Assembly: GCA_977017575.1 (NCBI GenBank)
Contig: CDRNVI010000029.1
Coordinates: 744,001-808,000, forward strand
Reading direction: 5' to 3'
From: Paramoeba atlantica
Lineage: Eukaryota; Protista; Discosea
DNA: 64,000 nt
The notes beneath the pieces were generated by a model, which saw only the letters and a list, made by a program, of their open reading frames with translations, was not told where the DNA came from and made no database searches. A program made the translations under genes and the position numbers. Positions 44,894 through 54,693 of this stretch are shown here, in pieces. Numbering within the stretch: position 1 is the first letter of the stretch; each line of letters starts with the position of its first letter.

Positions 44894-45925
44894 ATGTTTA
44901 TCTTGCCGAAGCAAACGTGCAGTCGCTTGATTAGAAAAATTGACGGTCAATCTATAAATGTCACGCTGCGCCTCCAAAAAATTGAGACAGTGCGTCGAAC
45001 TATATCAGAGTGGGGCAGCGCCGACGAGGCAAAGAAACTTTTTGCCCGCGTTATGGCCGAGAATCCAGTACATCGTTCCCTCAATTATCTACGCAGGGCT
45101 ATGGAAAAACAAAGCGAGGGGTCTATCCAGGTTTCGCGCCACAGAATGCGTGCGTTACTTTACTATTATGACTATTCTTATGGATCAAAAAAACGAACTT
45201 TGCATCTCACTGCTCGCAAGCGGGAGGCCCGCGTTAATTTTTGTAAGGCGATGCTACAAGAAAATGAACGAACTGAAGGCCAGTTCTTTGAGAAACTCGT
45301 CTTTACTGATGAGACATTCGTCTGTGAAGGGGATTCTTCCACGTCTACCTGGCAAAGTCGATATGATCGAGTTGCGCGTAACAGAGACTTTCACCCCATT
45401 AAGGTCATGATATGGGGAGGTATCGACAATCAAGGCAATTTTATATTTCACTGGTGTGACAATTTCGCGTCCTTTTATGCGAACGAGATAAGCCGCCCTG
45501 TGCAGCCTGGGGAAAAGCGTGAAACGCTTCCTGATCAACTAAAACTCGGGAGCCTATATTATCGTCGCGAAATTCTTGATGCAGAGTGGGTTCGATACTG
45601 TGAGGTAAACCCCACCGCGGTTTACATGGATGATGGAGCCTCGCCGCATACGAGTAAGAAGACACAGCTGTGGTGGAAAAGGCATGTTGCTTCCGGACAT
45701 TACGCACAATGTTTGCGGTACATGTCTGGCGTAGAGGACGTAAATCCTTTCCGGTGGCCCGCAGACTCCCCGGATCTAAATCCCATTGAAAACTTTTGGG
45801 CAAGAATTCGGCATGCAAAGAACCAGACGTTTCCTCGCACGTCTGAGGAGATAAAAAGAGTGTCTCAAAGTTATTTTCTCTCTCTTGAGGGTAGAAGTTG
45901 CATAACACATTTAAAAAACGTTTAG
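44894..45925 (+). CDS. Tc1-like transposase with DD52E spacing
   Basis: LVFTDETF, KVMIWGGI, YMDDGASPH, WPADSPDLNPIENFW. 52 residues lie between the second D and the E. First ATG is at 44894. Confidence 0.85.
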   Translation: MFILPKQTCSRLIRKIDGQSINVTLRLQKIETVRRTISEWGSADEAKKLFARVMAENPVHRSLNYLRRAMEKQSEGSIQVSRHRMRALLYYYDYSYGSKKRTLHLTARKREARVNFCKAMLQENERTEGQFFEKLVFTDETFVCEGDSSTSTWQSRYDRVARNRDFHPIKVMIWGGIDNQGNFIFHWCDNFASFYANEISRPVQPGEKRETLPDQLKLGSLYYRREILDAEWVRYCEVNPTAVYMDDGASPHTSKKTQLWWKRHVASGHYAQCLRYMSGVEDVNPFRWPADSPDLNPIENFWARIRHAKNQTFPRTSEEIKRVSQSYFLSLEGRSCITHLKNV

Positions 45926-48206
45926 AAATGTGTATAGCTGCCGATGGACATAAAATTCGATATTAAAACACCTTTATCTTATGATATTTTTAGACCATTG
46001 CTAAAAATTATACTCAGAAAAGTTCATTTTTTAAAGGGATTTTTGACTTTTCAGGGTACTTTTTAAGGTAATATTATATATTTGTTTTGTCTACAAGTAT
46101 TTTTCCGGTGGTACCCTCAACTAGATCTGCACGAATACACCGTTCTTTTGCCCTTTCTCTCATATACATGAATGTGGGGATAGTCCCAAAACCACTGGAA
46201 CGGGGTTGTACCCTCGTGCAAGCGCCGCAAGTACCACTCCGGCTCTAGGGCTCCGTCCGAGTACGGGGACGCAAGGCTCTCCTAGGTCGCTTCACTAGCG
46301 TGTGTATGTCTGTGCGTGTGAGTCAAGCCGTTTGGCTCCGAAGAGCTGGCTTCCTCCTTCACGCGTAGGTCGCGCTACCGGTTCTCCACGCGAAGCGTGA
46401 TCTTCTAACACGAGAGCGTCGAAACCCTTAGGTCCGCAGAGCGTAGAACAACCTTCCCCGGGCACGTGGAAAGCTGAGCCGTCGCTATTCAGGACGAACT
46501 GGGTTTTACACCAGTTCTTCCCGAACGCCCCATGATTCCCAAAAGGGAGAGGAACCGGCTTGCTGGCACAGTTCGGGAGTGGCGAGTCTCCTCACTATCC
46601 TTTTCTTATCTAGCTCATATTTATCCTGTAATTCCCTACATGTAGGGCATCAATAGAGATCAGCTAAACGACTTACGTTGAACCTCGGAGAGCCAATCCC
46701 CTTGTTACGCATACAGATCTCGGACGCCTCAGCTCTTGCCTTTAGCCGGTAGTTTCGACGACCAATGATATTGGACCGACACGCGGGTCGTCAATAATTT
46801 CTATGGTGAAAATGTACCCTAAAAAACAAATTTTTGAAAAAACATTCTAACAAAAAACAAATGTGATTCGGCATTATTCTAAGATATTCTAAGACACTTT
46901 GTGACAGTTTTCCCTGATAAACACAAAAAAAAATTAATCGATGCCCTGTAAGATCATCAGTGGTAATCTCAGATTTCAAATGAGCCGGTTGATCTTCGTC
47001 GACACGAAGTTCCCTCACTAAACAAGATAAATGGATTACCTCATTCGCATGCTGAGACTATGTAGAACTTTTAAAAATTAACGCAGGTTTCATAATATCG
47101 GAGTGCATCTGAAAAAAGCGGCGACATTTGCTGAGTAATGTCTGTAGTGTCCTATAGCTTCGGAATCGGTTTTGTCCCCTCTACCCTTCTAACCTTTGTT
47201 TCGAGTATGGGGTACCTTGGATGTCTAATGTGACATGCACGATGAACGCCACGACAATCCCATGTCGTGCAAGGAAACTGCCTGAAACTTTGCAAAAATT
47301 ACTTTCTAGGCATTTCGTTAAGCGCGGAGGTAATTTTCAATGCAAGGCGCGCAGCAGTGGTGACTTATAAGTCGAAAACAACAACCGCTTTTGAGGAATC
47401 GACAAAAAAACCAAAAATTTCAGGATAGTATGCTTAAAAAATTCATAAGACTCGAACTGCACTTATCTCTACTTGCGAGCCCCGACGAAATACGTTTCAG
47501 TAAAGCGAACGATAGAATCCTTGTTGGTAGGCGACTGGAAGAATCTACTTGTACATGCATGAATAGCTGTTTACACTGTACTGTTTCAATGACGTGATGC
47601 ACTATGGATTTACTTTTCAAGGTTAAAATATGAAATGAAAAGTACAGAGTATATTGCGATTATTTTTAGACAAAATTTTGTTTAATCGAATAGCATCGAA
47701 CCGTGCACCAAAAACTGATGAAACTTATACAAGTTTGGTGATATGTGCTTCTTAGATAATGACATGATATGATCTACAGATTCCTTAAAAACAATCAGCT
47801 ACAGGACTATACATACGAAAAGAAAGCATAACATATACAGCATAAACAGCATAACAGGTGTAGTAACTAACAGTAAGAAACAACGAATAGCTCTCACAAC
47901 AAGACAGTACAAATATACTTATTTCAGAAACTTAATTAGATCACATCAAGAGATATATTCTGGATTCCAATTCCAAAACACATGAATATTTTCAGTTAGA
48001 TATAGTTGTATGCAGTGCATCACTTTTTCTGTTTCACTACACAAAAGAGATTCGAAGTAAAAATATATAGTTGAATGTCAAACACAAATTCTGATTCACC
48101 AGAAAAACAGAACGAAGCTAGACTCCAGAAATAAGTATGTCAAAAAAATCTATTAAGGCCTAACGTTTCTCCCTAGATATTCACTTCAACGGCGTTCTCA
48201 ACACTT

Positions 48207-51119
48207 TTACAAATAGTACGGCATTTGTCGCAGTTCCATTCCCACGTTTGGCTTGGCAGCGGAGGAGGTTCCGTGGAAGAATGCCAACTTGCTTGCGCAT
48301 TGCAGGACGAAGGGTGCCTTGATGGATCCGGGCCAGTTCGTGTACATCCAGCACAGGTGGTAGGACATGTTCTCTATAGCTTGCAAGGGCAAACCACCAT
48401 CACGGAGCACAAAGTACTTGACCGGTTTCGAGGTAGCCAGGGTGCAGTCGACAGCGATTTGGGAAAAGGAGTGGGAGCTGTGCTCGACAACATGTCCACG
48501 AGGAATGTTGTGCCACTCCACCCGTCCGCCCTTTGATACTGGCGCTGCGTAGCGATCATGAATACGTTTCTGGACTACCATGAAGGTAAGTTCAACGTTT
48601 TTGCTTCCGAGTAATTTTTCACAGTCCGCCATCTCTTCAACGCGCACACGGTCCATCATGCTGTCTCCCACACCGTCGCGGTACACTACAACGCGTCCGA
48701 CATTGGAACCTTTCACGAGCACCTCGAACACTTCTTCGAGAAATTCCTTCAATGTGGTCATGCTCATGCGATCCATCACTGGGTTACGTCCGTCAGTCTG
48801 CTCACTCGCGGCTCCAGCATTGCGGCGGCTTTCAGTCGATGATCCTCCCATCATCTTCTGTCGGGACACCTGCATGTCTGTGTTGCACAAATGGCTCCAC
48901 TTTCGAGTCTCCGCATTGTAGTACCAGGCTACAAAACCAGCGAGGTTGCGACGTTGATTTTCGAAGGATCCGGATTCACTTGCTTCGCTTTTGCGATCGC
49001 TATAGATATCGTAGCCCACGTAGATGGTGCCATTTGCTCCAAGCTCCGGAACGTTGCTCGGAATGTCAACCAGCCACAATGGCGTACCCATCTTAGCAGT
49101 CACATTCTTCGCAATGTTGTGAACATAGGGTCCTGCCGTTTTTGCCTTGCTCATCTTGTCAAAGTCTACGAATTGGGAGACGATGCCCATAGACCCCAGT
49201 TCGCTCTTCAACGTGCCGTAGGCATCCTGACCACGTGTGCTGTGGCCGTTGCTGAGGACGCATAGCACAAGGGCGGGTGTACCTTCCGCCATGGCCTGGC
49301 GTACGGTATCGGTTCGCACGGAGTCCAAGCATTTGTCGATAAAGTCGCGGTCGTCTTCACCACTATCGACGAAGGTGACAGGTCCTTTCGCCTTCCATAC
49401 GCCACGAATGCGTTCGTTGACATCCATAATTTGACGCACTAAGTCACGAGCCTTAGCACCCCAACCAAAGACTTGGTATTCTTTGCGTTCCTCGTTGAAC
49501 TGAATCCGCATGGTCTGGGGAGCGAAATCTTGATTCGGGCGGAGAGTCTCTGGAGAGCCAACGATCTGGACTTTGACGGTCTTCATTTCTTTCGGTTGTA
49601 TGGTTTCCAATGCCGCATTCTTGATCTGAAGGCCGTATCCGCTCAGGAGCTCTTTCGGTTCCTGTTCATCGAATCTCTTCACCAACTTGATACACTGATC
49701 TTGCATTTCCTCGGGCATCTTGGAGCATCGCGTCGGAAGGAAGCGTCGTGCTTCAGTGCTTAATTGGTCCACAAGGACGAATTCAGGAATGAGGCGGACG
49801 CGGCCGGAGCGCTCACCCCAGATAAGAGGCTGATCCGTCTTTGTAACCTCCAACACATACGTCTCCTTGTAGTAATCCGCATAAGAGATCGTTCGTCCGC
49901 TCTTAAGCTCGAAGACGGACTCCACCGTCGTCCCCTTATCCACTTTGTAGACCATGTAGTTGCGCTTCCTCGTTCCGTAAGACGTCATCACCTTGAGACC
50001 CAGCAGACTGCGCGGCCCGTTCTTGTTGAGGTAGTCCAGCGCAGTTACACGTGCTTCCACATGACTTCGAGGATGAACAATGAGAACAACACCGTTGTCT
50101 GTCAACTGGAATGTTGCAAAGTAACCAGGTACCACAATCATATCGCGATACACACGTTGCCGAGTGAAATCGCAGTATATTTTTCCTGTTCGGCGAAGAT
50201 CTAATGATTCCAGAATTCGGCATAACACATGATTGTACACTTGCATCGTTTGTTCCTCATTAGAGCGGGGGTTGAGTTGCACCTTAGTGATGTCTTCTTT
50301 GCGTAGTTCCATTGTGGTCTTGAAAGATCCAAGGGAGACTTCACGTGAAAGCGGTTCTTGCAAATGTTCGGAGATATCCTCAAGGCAATAAAAGTTAGTT
50401 CCAGAGATGATCAAATCGAGCTTCTTGAGGTATTCCTTTTCTAAGACTTGGCGAAGATATCCGAATAGAAGCTTCTTACGTTGAATTTCGCTGATGTTTT
50501 CATTTTTCTCGATGCTGAGGGGATACATGTAGACCTCCGCCTTACTGATGGAGACATTGACAGCATTCCACATTACGTCGCGGCATGGTGCACGCTGACG
50601 GAGGGCGTCACGTTCGGATGCCATCAAACGACCACGTTCCGTCCTGTCTTTATCAGCCCAGAAACGATCCCAACAGCCACTGCAACAGCGTTTATTGGGG
50701 ACGTCCGCATGCTTTCCTACTCGGCATAACTTACCACAGCTGTCGCATTTGGCGTACTCGCTCCCAATGAAGGGCATCATGCTTCCGGTGCCCGGACCAC
50801 CTCCCATGGGACCGCCCATCGGACGGGGACCACCGGGTGCACCACCCGGAGGGCCACCTGGTCGTCCTCCAGGAGCTGGGCCACAATCGTCTCTTCGGTA
50901 GTTGTCGTTTCGGCGATCATCGCGGCGGTTGTCATCCCGGCGATAGTCTTGGCGGTGGTCACGCGAGCGATCGTCCCTGCGATAGTCGTCGCGACGGTCA
51001 TCGCGTCGATAATCATCACGACGGTCATCGCGCCGATAATCATCACGACGATCATCGCGCCGATAATCATCGCGCCGGTAGTCGTCACGTCGGTAGTCGT
51101 CGCGTCGATTGTAACTCAT
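48207..51119 (-). CDS. PIWI-type Argonaute, copy 2 (970 aa)
   Basis: Differs from copy 1 at 5 amino acids in the supplied translations. Confidence 0.95.
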   Translation of the reverse strand: MSYNRRDDYRRDDYRRDDYRRDDRRDDYRRDDRRDDYRRDDRRDDYRRDDRSRDHRQDYRRDDNRRDDRRNDNYRRDDCGPAPGGRPGGPPGGAPGGPRPMGGPMGGGPGTGSMMPFIGSEYAKCDSCGKLCRVGKHADVPNKRCCSGCWDRFWADKDRTERGRLMASERDALRQRAPCRDVMWNAVNVSISKAEVYMYPLSIEKNENISEIQRKKLLFGYLRQVLEKEYLKKLDLIISGTNFYCLEDISEHLQEPLSREVSLGSFKTTMELRKEDITKVQLNPRSNEEQTMQVYNHVLCRILESLDLRRTGKIYCDFTRQRVYRDMIVVPGYFATFQLTDNGVVLIVHPRSHVEARVTALDYLNKNGPRSLLGLKVMTSYGTRKRNYMVYKVDKGTTVESVFELKSGRTISYADYYKETYVLEVTKTDQPLIWGERSGRVRLIPEFVLVDQLSTEARRFLPTRCSKMPEEMQDQCIKLVKRFDEQEPKELLSGYGLQIKNAALETIQPKEMKTVKVQIVGSPETLRPNQDFAPQTMRIQFNEERKEYQVFGWGAKARDLVRQIMDVNERIRGVWKAKGPVTFVDSGEDDRDFIDKCLDSVRTDTVRQAMAEGTPALVLCVLSNGHSTRGQDAYGTLKSELGSMGIVSQFVDFDKMSKAKTAGPYVHNIAKNVTAKMGTPLWLVDIPSNVPELGANGTIYVGYDIYSDRKSEASESGSFENQRRNLAGFVAWYYNAETRKWSHLCNTDMQVSRQKMMGGSSTESRRNAGAASEQTDGRNPVMDRMSMTTLKEFLEEVFEVLVKGSNVGRVVVYRDGVGDSMMDRVRVEEMADCEKLLGSKNVELTFMVVQKRIHDRYAAPVSKGGRVEWHNIPRGHVVEHSSHSFSQIAVDCTLATSKPVKYFVLRDGGLPLQAIENMSYHLCWMYTNWPGSIKAPFVLQCASKLAFFHGTSSAAKPNVGMELRQMPYYL

Positions 51120-51877
51120 AGAATTTGGTTAAAAGTAGTTAAATTTTCAGGTTCCGTTGTATGTCCTTGTTGTATCTGACATACAACAATTAGGACATAA
51201 TGTCCGAGAAACGACTTATTGATGTTGCATGTGATTAAACAGAGAAACTATGGGAGACTTTTATACATTCAGCGAATTGTGGGTTAAGTTGTTTCATATC
51301 AGCGAATCACTACAAGAGTAATCATCATGGAATTTTCTGGAGATACGTGGAAACAGTGTTTCATTGTGACAACCGGTCATCTACAGACTCTCCATTGCAT
51401 TTTTATCCCCCCAGACCCTTTTTTCATTCATTCTCGAGCCAGCAATCCTTCGGAGGTTTCACCTGCTTCGGATTCCGCTCCTTCGATTTCAAGTCCTTCA
51501 ATCGAGACTTCCCCAAGTCAACGAGCTTTTCACGACTTGCGCGAACAGTGTCAATGTTGGCATTTCATGCTACTACTATCCTAAGTTCTTAATAAAATAT
51601 GCCCATGCCCACTTAGTATGCCTAGTTGGTATACTAAGTGGCCTTGGGAAAGGCTACTAGGTATACTAAGGCATGGGTATACTAACATGGTTTAGTAAAA
51701 CTTTTCAGTAAAATTCTACTAAAATACATATTTTCTTTCCTGTATCCGAAAAAAAAACAAAAAAACACTTTGAAATTTCATCCAAAAATATATGTTCAAA
51801 AAACATCGGTTTACAGTATTTTTCCGTGGTTACGCAGAGAGGTTCCCCTTTTATGCAAAAGATATTAGTAGAAAAGC

Positions 51878-52200
51878 TTGCCTGTAGCTTTCACAATGTT
51901 TGTTCCATTTTTCGATCATAGGGACAACACGCAAACGGAGGAAGAGCTCGCTGTAGACTACGCCAAAGTACTACATAACCTCCACGGGGAGGAGATCTCA
52001 CGGTTCGCTTCAATGATCATGGTTGGATACTCACCTCCGAGCCTCATTAACACCCGCTCCTGGGGAAAGTCCGATGGACACGAGACGTGCTGCATATGTC
52101 GGGAAAGAAAACAAACACTCAGACACATCTTAACATTTTGTTATTCGTGCAGTAAACTGCAGAGATTAATAACGAGAAAGATAGGGAGTTTCCCTGTCAT
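51878..52200 (+). pseudogene. Non-LTR retrotransposon Zn-knuckle fragment
   Basis: WGKSDGHETCCICRERKQTLRHILTFC fits the CxxC...HIL..C knuckle. Confidence 0.55.
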
Positions 52201-52526
52201 TGCGCCCAAAACGCACTTCTTTCTCTCAGTTTATCACCTCACTGGAAGCTTGGCATCAACCAGTTGGGGTATTCCCGTTGCTGGTAAATGCAGAAACTCC
52301 CGCATAGTGCTCGCTGCACGAACTTCTCCCTACACTGCGAGGCCATTGTCTTGCCTCCAAATAGAGAGTTTAGGGCGCGCGCGGAAGTATTGAGCTTCTC
52401 TCGCGCCTACCTCGAACACCAGGAGAAAAATAGACGGATTTTCCATTTTCCGTTGCTTGTATAGGTGATTATACTTATAGGTGATTATACTTTCTAACTT
52501 TCCGTTCTTGCGCCGTTTCAAAGTTT

Positions 52527-53949
52527 GGCGGATTGTCAACACCCACGCACCATTTTTATTCCCAGAAAATAATTTTCTTGTCATTTCCAGTGCACCACTT
52601 TTTCTTGAGAACTGTATTCTCATTTCCAATGCACCATCAATTATTTAAAGAAGTATTATTTTATAATATCCTTCGGATCTACACTACAAATGCGCCATTA
52701 TTCAAGACTCAGTCATTACGATTGTAATCGTATTCAATCAATCTTTACATCTGGCGAGAGTCGGCGAAGCATAGCTCGAATAATTGGCAAAAGTCACAGC
52801 ACTGTTTGTCGCGAGTTGGCGAGTAATGCAAGAAGGGGTCAGCGCTATGAGGGGACGAGGGCACAGTACATTTCGAAAAGACGCCTCTCGTGTAAAAAGG
52901 TCAAGCCTCACAAGATACAAGGCCTTTTGGAAGAGGAAGTCAGCTCTCGACTTCAAAAGAAGCACAGCCCGGAACAGATTGCAAATACGATCCGTAGCTG
53001 TCGTACCGTCTCGACTTCTACCATATATCGCCATATTCGTCGCAACGCGTCCTTAGGCGGCAAGTTGTACACCCATTTGCGGATCCGGCGAAAGAGGCCA
53101 TACCGTCGTCGCACCAGACCTGATCGCAGCGCGATTCCCAACCGAACACCACTTGAAAATCGACCAGAAATTGTTAATAAGCGTCGGCGCTACGGCGATT
53201 GGGAAGCAGACTTGGTCGAGGGTCGAGGACATGGCGGATATATTCTTACCCTGTGCGAGCGTAAGAGTCGCTTCCTTGTTCTTCGCAAGTTGGAAGCTAA
53301 GCACGCGAAGGGGGTAAGCAAACAAATTGTAGACGGGTTAAAAAATTACAAGGTTCAAACAATCACATACGACAACGGAACAGAATTCTGGCACCATGAA
53401 GAAGTAGACAAAGAATTAAAATGCAAGTCTTTCTTTTGCGCTCCGTATCATTCGTGGGAGAAAGGGTCTGTGGAACATGCAAACGGTTTGATCCGACAAT
53501 TCCATCAGAAAACCGAATCTTTTGAGAATTTAAACCAAAGTGAATTAAACAAAACAGCATTGGAATTGAACACTCGTCCCCGGAAATTATTAAATTATCG
53601 TTCTCCAATGGATTTTGTGAATGAACTGCGTAAGTAAAAGAAGCTAAGTAAGCAAAGGTACGTGAGAAAGCTTGTAAAGTTAGTCTGTTAGTGTTGGAAA
53701 TTTAATGACAATAAATTTAAGCATTTTGTAAAGGTGAAGAAATTCTTGTCTAATAAAGTTTCTTACTCAAACCTTACACTTGTACTACGCTTTCTTAAAA
53801 TACTCTGGATAAGTTTTTATGTTGAAAGGAAAAAGGAACGATGTTCAACTATGGTGAGGCGCAGAAAAAAGGAATGACGGTCGACTATGGTGAAAAAAGT
53901 GGTGCGCTGGAGTTGACAATGGGGTGATGCACTGGAGTCGAACATCCGG
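52527..53949 (+). mobile_element. IS30-family-like DNA transposon integrated in eukaryotic DNA
   Basis: Removing 52527-53949 plus one GTTT restores PWEENFET. Inner TIR pair TGTCAAC.CC..CGCACCA at 52534 and 53918, each flanked by AT. Further TIR-like motifs at 52579, ~52620 and 53922-53944. Confidence 0.9.
52690..53637 (+). CDS. IS30-family DDE transposase (315 aa, intact)
   Basis: IAR..G+S.STV.REL..N HTH, SPEQIA, TIYR, GDWEADLV, ERKSR, TYDNGTEF, PY.SWEKG..E..NGLIRQF, LN.RPRK.L.Y.SP. Confidence 0.95.
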   Translation: MRHYSRLSHYDCNRIQSIFTSGESRRSIARIIGKSHSTVCRELASNARRGQRYEGTRAQYISKRRLSCKKVKPHKIQGLLEEEVSSRLQKKHSPEQIANTIRSCRTVSTSTIYRHIRRNASLGGKLYTHLRIRRKRPYRRRTRPDRSAIPNRTPLENRPEIVNKRRRYGDWEADLVEGRGHGGYILTLCERKSRFLVLRKLEAKHAKGVSKQIVDGLKNYKVQTITYDNGTEFWHHEEVDKELKCKSFFCAPYHSWEKGSVEHANGLIRQFHQKTESFENLNQSELNKTALELNTRPRKLLNYRSPMDFVNELRK

Positions 53950-54693
53950 GTTTTCTTCCCAAGGGGACGTAAGCTCAATAATATATTCCGACCCGTTGTG
54001 CAACCTCACCCACCCGTCTGGTCTCAGTTCAGTTCCATGCGAGAGCCAGGCGGGTGCGTTGCGGTACAGTGATACGTCGAAGTGGGAGGAGGCTGTCATA
54101 GGGGAGTCGGAAACGGCGTCCGCTAAAGCCATTAAGATGAGATCATGCCGGTAAGTGTACCGACCTTGCTCCAGAGACACCTTGCTACCCGTGAGGATGT
54201 GCCGCGGGGTGCACTGCATCACTCCTTCAGGAAAGATACACATATAGACCCAACGCAGTCCTGAAAGTATTGCGTGACCACATAAACGAATGTGGTCACG
54301 TGCTGTAAATTATCCTGTACTGTAAATTACAGTATTTTTCCACGGTTACGCAGAGAGGATCTCCTTTGATGCAAAAGAAATTACTAAGTAGTAGAAAAGC
54401 ATGCCTGTAGCTTTCACAATGTTTGTCCCATTTTTCGATCATGGGTCTGTATCGCACTTCAGGTGCAAGCGTGGAGGCCCTCCACTGGAGGGTGTGGATG
54501 GGAATCTCACTGTAAGGCAAAAAATCACTATTTTAAACACAGGCGGGAATGTCGGGAGAAACAGGAGACGCTTGCACTTGAGACCTCGGAACTAGCCAAA
54601 AATGAAGCGATGGGATTAGAGTGTTACTATTAAAAGGTCCTTCCGTGCGTTCAAGCGTCTGCGATTTTATCCACTTCGCGATTCTTATGGCTG

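Larger units (their letters stand above)
43573..46208 (+). mobile_element. Two-ORF Tc1/mariner-like DNA transposon
   Basis: TIR CAACCCCGTTC........TGGGACTA at both ends. TA duplication at 43571-72 and 46209-10. Empty site GCCCGCAATACCCTC at ~59031-59045. Confidence 0.9.
42370..51525. repeat. Segmental duplication unit (42370-43572 + 46209-51525) homologous to ~57800-64000
   Basis: Collinear near-identical blocks, e.g. TAAGGGATGGT..ACGGGGCAAAATCC at ~42380 and ~57803, and a shared ~2-kb PIWI 3' flank. Copy-specific insertions are present. Confidence 0.9.
52330..54243 (-). mobile_element. RLE-type (R2/NeSL/HERO-like) retrotransposon 3' fragment, split by the IS30-like element
   Basis: HILTG..L.QGRYTYRHD...LRPD...IELTSPWEEN (54243-53950) continues as FETAQERKVRKYNHL...FEVGAR (52526-52330). 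Confidence 0.85.

Noticed and set aside
52527-53949. IS30 as a bacterial contaminant or chimeric assembly
   Set aside because: The insertion interrupts a eukaryotic retroelement with exact frame restoration and a target duplication, which a random mis-join would be unlikely to produce. Read-level confirmation is still needed.
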